A stretch of DNA of 63,674 bases, the filler included, from Sphacelaria rigidula (Eukaryota), in NCBI GenBank assembly GCA_964200075.2. It is 8 parts of 8 records of this genome, joined end to end, with 100 filler letters (N's around TTAATTAATTAA, not from the genome) between each part and the next. Parts side by side here need not be neighbours in the genome. Positions count along the whole stretch, not along the records: positions 55,805 to 63,674 come from CAXNAA020013158.1; 7 more parts are not named here. One strand, given 5' to 3'. Of the stretch, positions 60,740 to 63,674 are shown piece by piece. How positions within the stretch are numbered: the first letter of the stretch is position 1; every line of letters begins with the position of its first letter. Position numbers and translations under genes: made by a program. The notes beneath the pieces were generated by a model, which saw only the letters and a list, made by a program, of their open reading frames with translations, was not told where the DNA came from and searched no databases.

Positions 60740-63674
60740 TCATTGATGAACCTCATTTTATGGAATCCCTTTTTTTATGTTGAATTATGGACTGAGGAGG
60801 CATCTCGTGTGTTTTTTGCCAGATACGTTGAATACGTACAGATGTGGAGTTTAGCTAATGCAGAAGGAATCATACGGCATGAGCGGGTGAGCATAGGTCA
60901 ACTCATTCCTGTCTACGTTTACCGCTACTTCGATGATATGTACAAGGACGGTCGGGTTATGACCTCCGATGAATTGCTTAATGCTGTGAGGCAGCATGCC
61001 GGATATATACGACAACCGGTGGAAAGCATGACACTACGCGGGCTGTAGCAGACCCACGTAGGGTACTTACAATGAAGCAGAGCGATGGAAAGTTCGTGAA
61101 GGATCTTGCCATGATGGTCAGCTCAGACATGGAAAGTTTGTTTGCTGAAAATTTGATGGTGCAAGTAATATACCGTGCGAAGCACAGGAGTTGGTTGCCT
61201 GGCCCGGCCGAGTCGGGGTCCATAGCTTTGGTGGATGGGATTTCGCCCCCGGACTTCAAGGCGTATGTTAAAATGTACTAACGTATGTTGACGGGTGGAA
61301 AAAAAACCCCGACGGTGGTGTTCAAAAACCTATTTGAGGCGGCCGATCAGTGGAAATTCATGGAAGCACATGGCCGGCGCGACTCTGCGACAAGTGCAGG
61401 TGGTACGCGCCGCAAACAGCAATATCAACATAAACAGCAGCCGTTTTTGCGAGGGTCCTCCACTCGCGCGTCTTATAAGTGCGGCGACACCGGACACATG
61501 ATCAAGAACTGCCCCAAGCCTCGCGCTCAAGGCACTGCACAGGGCAATGCACGAGATTTATCAGGATCTCGGGGCGGTCGTCACGGTGGATGGGGCCGTG
61601 CCAATCAGGGGCGTGGGCGAGGCGGCGCAGTTGCAGCCCATTACTTTCGCTGTCATGCCCGGTAGGGACAACGTGGTTCTATTTAACATTGCAACAATCA
61701 AGGAGCTAGGAATTGATTTGTATCCGTTGGCGTTGGAGAAGTTACGTCCGCGTGCTGTGCCGGTGCAAACTGGCGTGAGAAATTCCAGCTATCTTGCTGC
61801 AAGGCGTGTGATCGTATCAATACGGTCATTCCAAAGCGCCTGTGAGGAGGAGGCTCCTGCTGATGAAGCAGTAGAGCGCTTGGTCGATCGGGGGCGTGAT
61901 ATGTTCATGGACCCAGCAAAGGAGAGAGGTGCACGGGAGCGTGCGTTTGACGATAGTGTGCGGCAGGCCGAGCAGAAGGGTCTGAGCGCCGATGGCGCAC
62001 ATTGTCTGCGCGATATTCTGGCTCGTCGCGTAGATACATTTTGCCGTGCGCTGCGTGGTGATCCGCCAGCGCGCGTTGAGCCAATGAGGGTGCAGCTTAA
62101 GCCCCAGGCAAAGGCGGTGAAGACCAAGCCCAGACGGTACGATCCGGTGAAGACCGGGTGGCTTGCCTCATGCATCGCAGCTTTGGTGGCGTTTGGCTTG
62201 GGTGAGAAACATCCAGGCTGTGTGGGCGAGTTCGGCGATGGCGGTGCCGTCAGCGACTATCAGGCGGTGAACGCGCAAGTGGAACAGTCTCCGGGGGTGA
62301 TGTCAAGCCAAGAAGACATGCGGGAGTTGCTGGGAGCCCAATGCTTCGGCAAGTTGGACCTGCTACAGGGGTATTGGCAGATGCCTCTGGCGCCAGAGGC
62401 GCAGAAAATCTTCACGATCGTCACGCTGGAAGGTTTCTTCACGCCTACTCGTATTCCGCAGGGCGTGTTGAACGCCACGGCGTATTTTCAAGGTGTGCTG
62501 ACTGACATTTTGCGAGGACTAGATTGTAAAGTGTGGGTGGATGGCGTCTTCAATTTTGCTGAAACCGAAGAAGCACTGTTAGCTTCGCTTGACGAAATTC
62601 TTGGCCGCTTGGAGAGTGTTGGTCTGTTCGTCGCTGCGCATGAGGTACTTTTTTCGCACGCGAAGTGATTTGGTGTACTCCAAGGGTACCGTTTCGCATG
62701 ATCCCGTCCGTGTTTAAGGTTTGAGCAATATGCGACGTCCTCAAAACGCTAGTGAGCTGATGCAGTTTCTGCAGGTGGTGAATTGGTTGCGGACTTCGCT
62801 CCCGCGCATGGCGGAAGTAGTTGCTCCGCTTCGAGTATTTCTGGAACAACTCATGGCCGGGGCTTCGCGTCGGACCAAGCGGGTGGCGTGTAATCGTACA
62901 ATTCCGGAGGATGCTTGGACAGAGGGTCGTGTGAGGGCATGGCGTGCTGCGCAAGATTTGGTGGCGCAAGCGGTGCCGCTGTATCAACCTCGTCCAGGGT
63001 GCGTTCTTCTCATGTTTCCGGATACTTCGGATTTTCACTGTGGTAGGTTTTTGACGCAAGTGCCTGTCGCAGAGTTTAAAAGTGGTATGGCGCTCGAAAA
63101 CATGTCACACAAACCGTTGGCTTTTCTGAGTGGTAGTTTTAAGGGTTCACAGTTGCGGTGGGCAACAATGGACAAGGAAGGTTTCGCGATAGTCAATGCA
63201 TTTCGAAGGCTAGAGTACTTGCATTGGGGTGGTGTCCGCATTTGCACCGATCATCGTAATCTCAAGGACAGTTTTAATCCCGAAGAGTGTGTCACATCGG
63301 TGACGAAGGCCAGGACACAACGGCTTAAAAATTGGAAAGGAGTACTAGGCCAATACCGGTATGCCATTGAACACATTCCTGGAGAGCGCAAGTGTTGGGG
63401 AGATTTGTTGTCTCGCTGGGTGAAGCTTCCTACCGTGCCTGTCCGTTCCGTTGCCGTGTATAGCCGGTGTGATGCCGATGATTCGCTGCCCTCGTTAGAT
63501 GTCATTCGTACCGCGCAGCGCGAAACAGTCGGCGACGGTGTTCATTCTTTTCCGACGACTTTCGGTCAAGCTACTATGGCTGACGATGGTTTGTTTCGCG
63601 TGCATGTAGGCAGTCGTGATGTTTTGTGGATTCCGTCGGATGACAAGGCTCTACAAACTCGCTTGATGGTGTGC
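60740..63674 (+). mobile_element. Ty3/Gypsy LTR retrotransposon gag-pol, degenerate, running off the contig end
   Basis: Gag fragments with knuckle (S)YKCGDTGHMIKNC (61471-61512) and a protease C-terminal part. RT FGKLDLLQGYWQMPL..FTPTRIPQGVLNATAYFQ..VWVDG. RNase H FPDTSD..PLAFLSGSFKGSQLRWATMDKEGFAIV..TDHRNL. Order PR-RT-RH, with frameshifts and deletions. Confidence 0.95.

Overview
Eukaryotic, intron-rich nuclear DNA. The large introns, ~50% GC, flagellar dynein and retroelement types suggest a stramenopile, probably a brown alga (inference only). The window is not one locus. It is eight contigs of near-identical, descending length (7873, 7873, 7873, 7873, 7871, 7871, 7870, 7870 bp) joined by 100-bp N44-TTAATTAATTAA-N44 spacers, so adjacency across a spacer carries no biological meaning. 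Three partial spliced host genes can be built with phase-consistent exons, all on the minus strand: a probable USP34/USP24/USP9-family deubiquitinase (4 exons, 8859-14790), an outer-arm dynein gamma-type heavy chain (DNAH5/8, ODA2-like; 7 exons, 33082-39647, with one GC-AG intron), and a multi-PHD plus bromodomain KMT2/trithorax-like chromatin protein (8 exons, 40587-47569). The rest is mostly decayed mobile DNA: RTE-type LINE remnants, three Copia elements, two or three Gypsy elements, tRNA-derived SINEs, TA-flanked MITEs, a 1.7-kb foldback element and a G-run-headed dispersed repeat family. The most unusual items are head-to-head palindromes of a tRNA-Arg(CCT)-like sequence (7551-7873), a Copia-type 5' end whose first ORF starts with a PAM2-like motif and Gln/Pro repeats (47904-49400), and splicing oddities in the dynein gene. 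No CRISPR array, rRNA or intact tRNA is supported. I found no convincing new multi-gene system.
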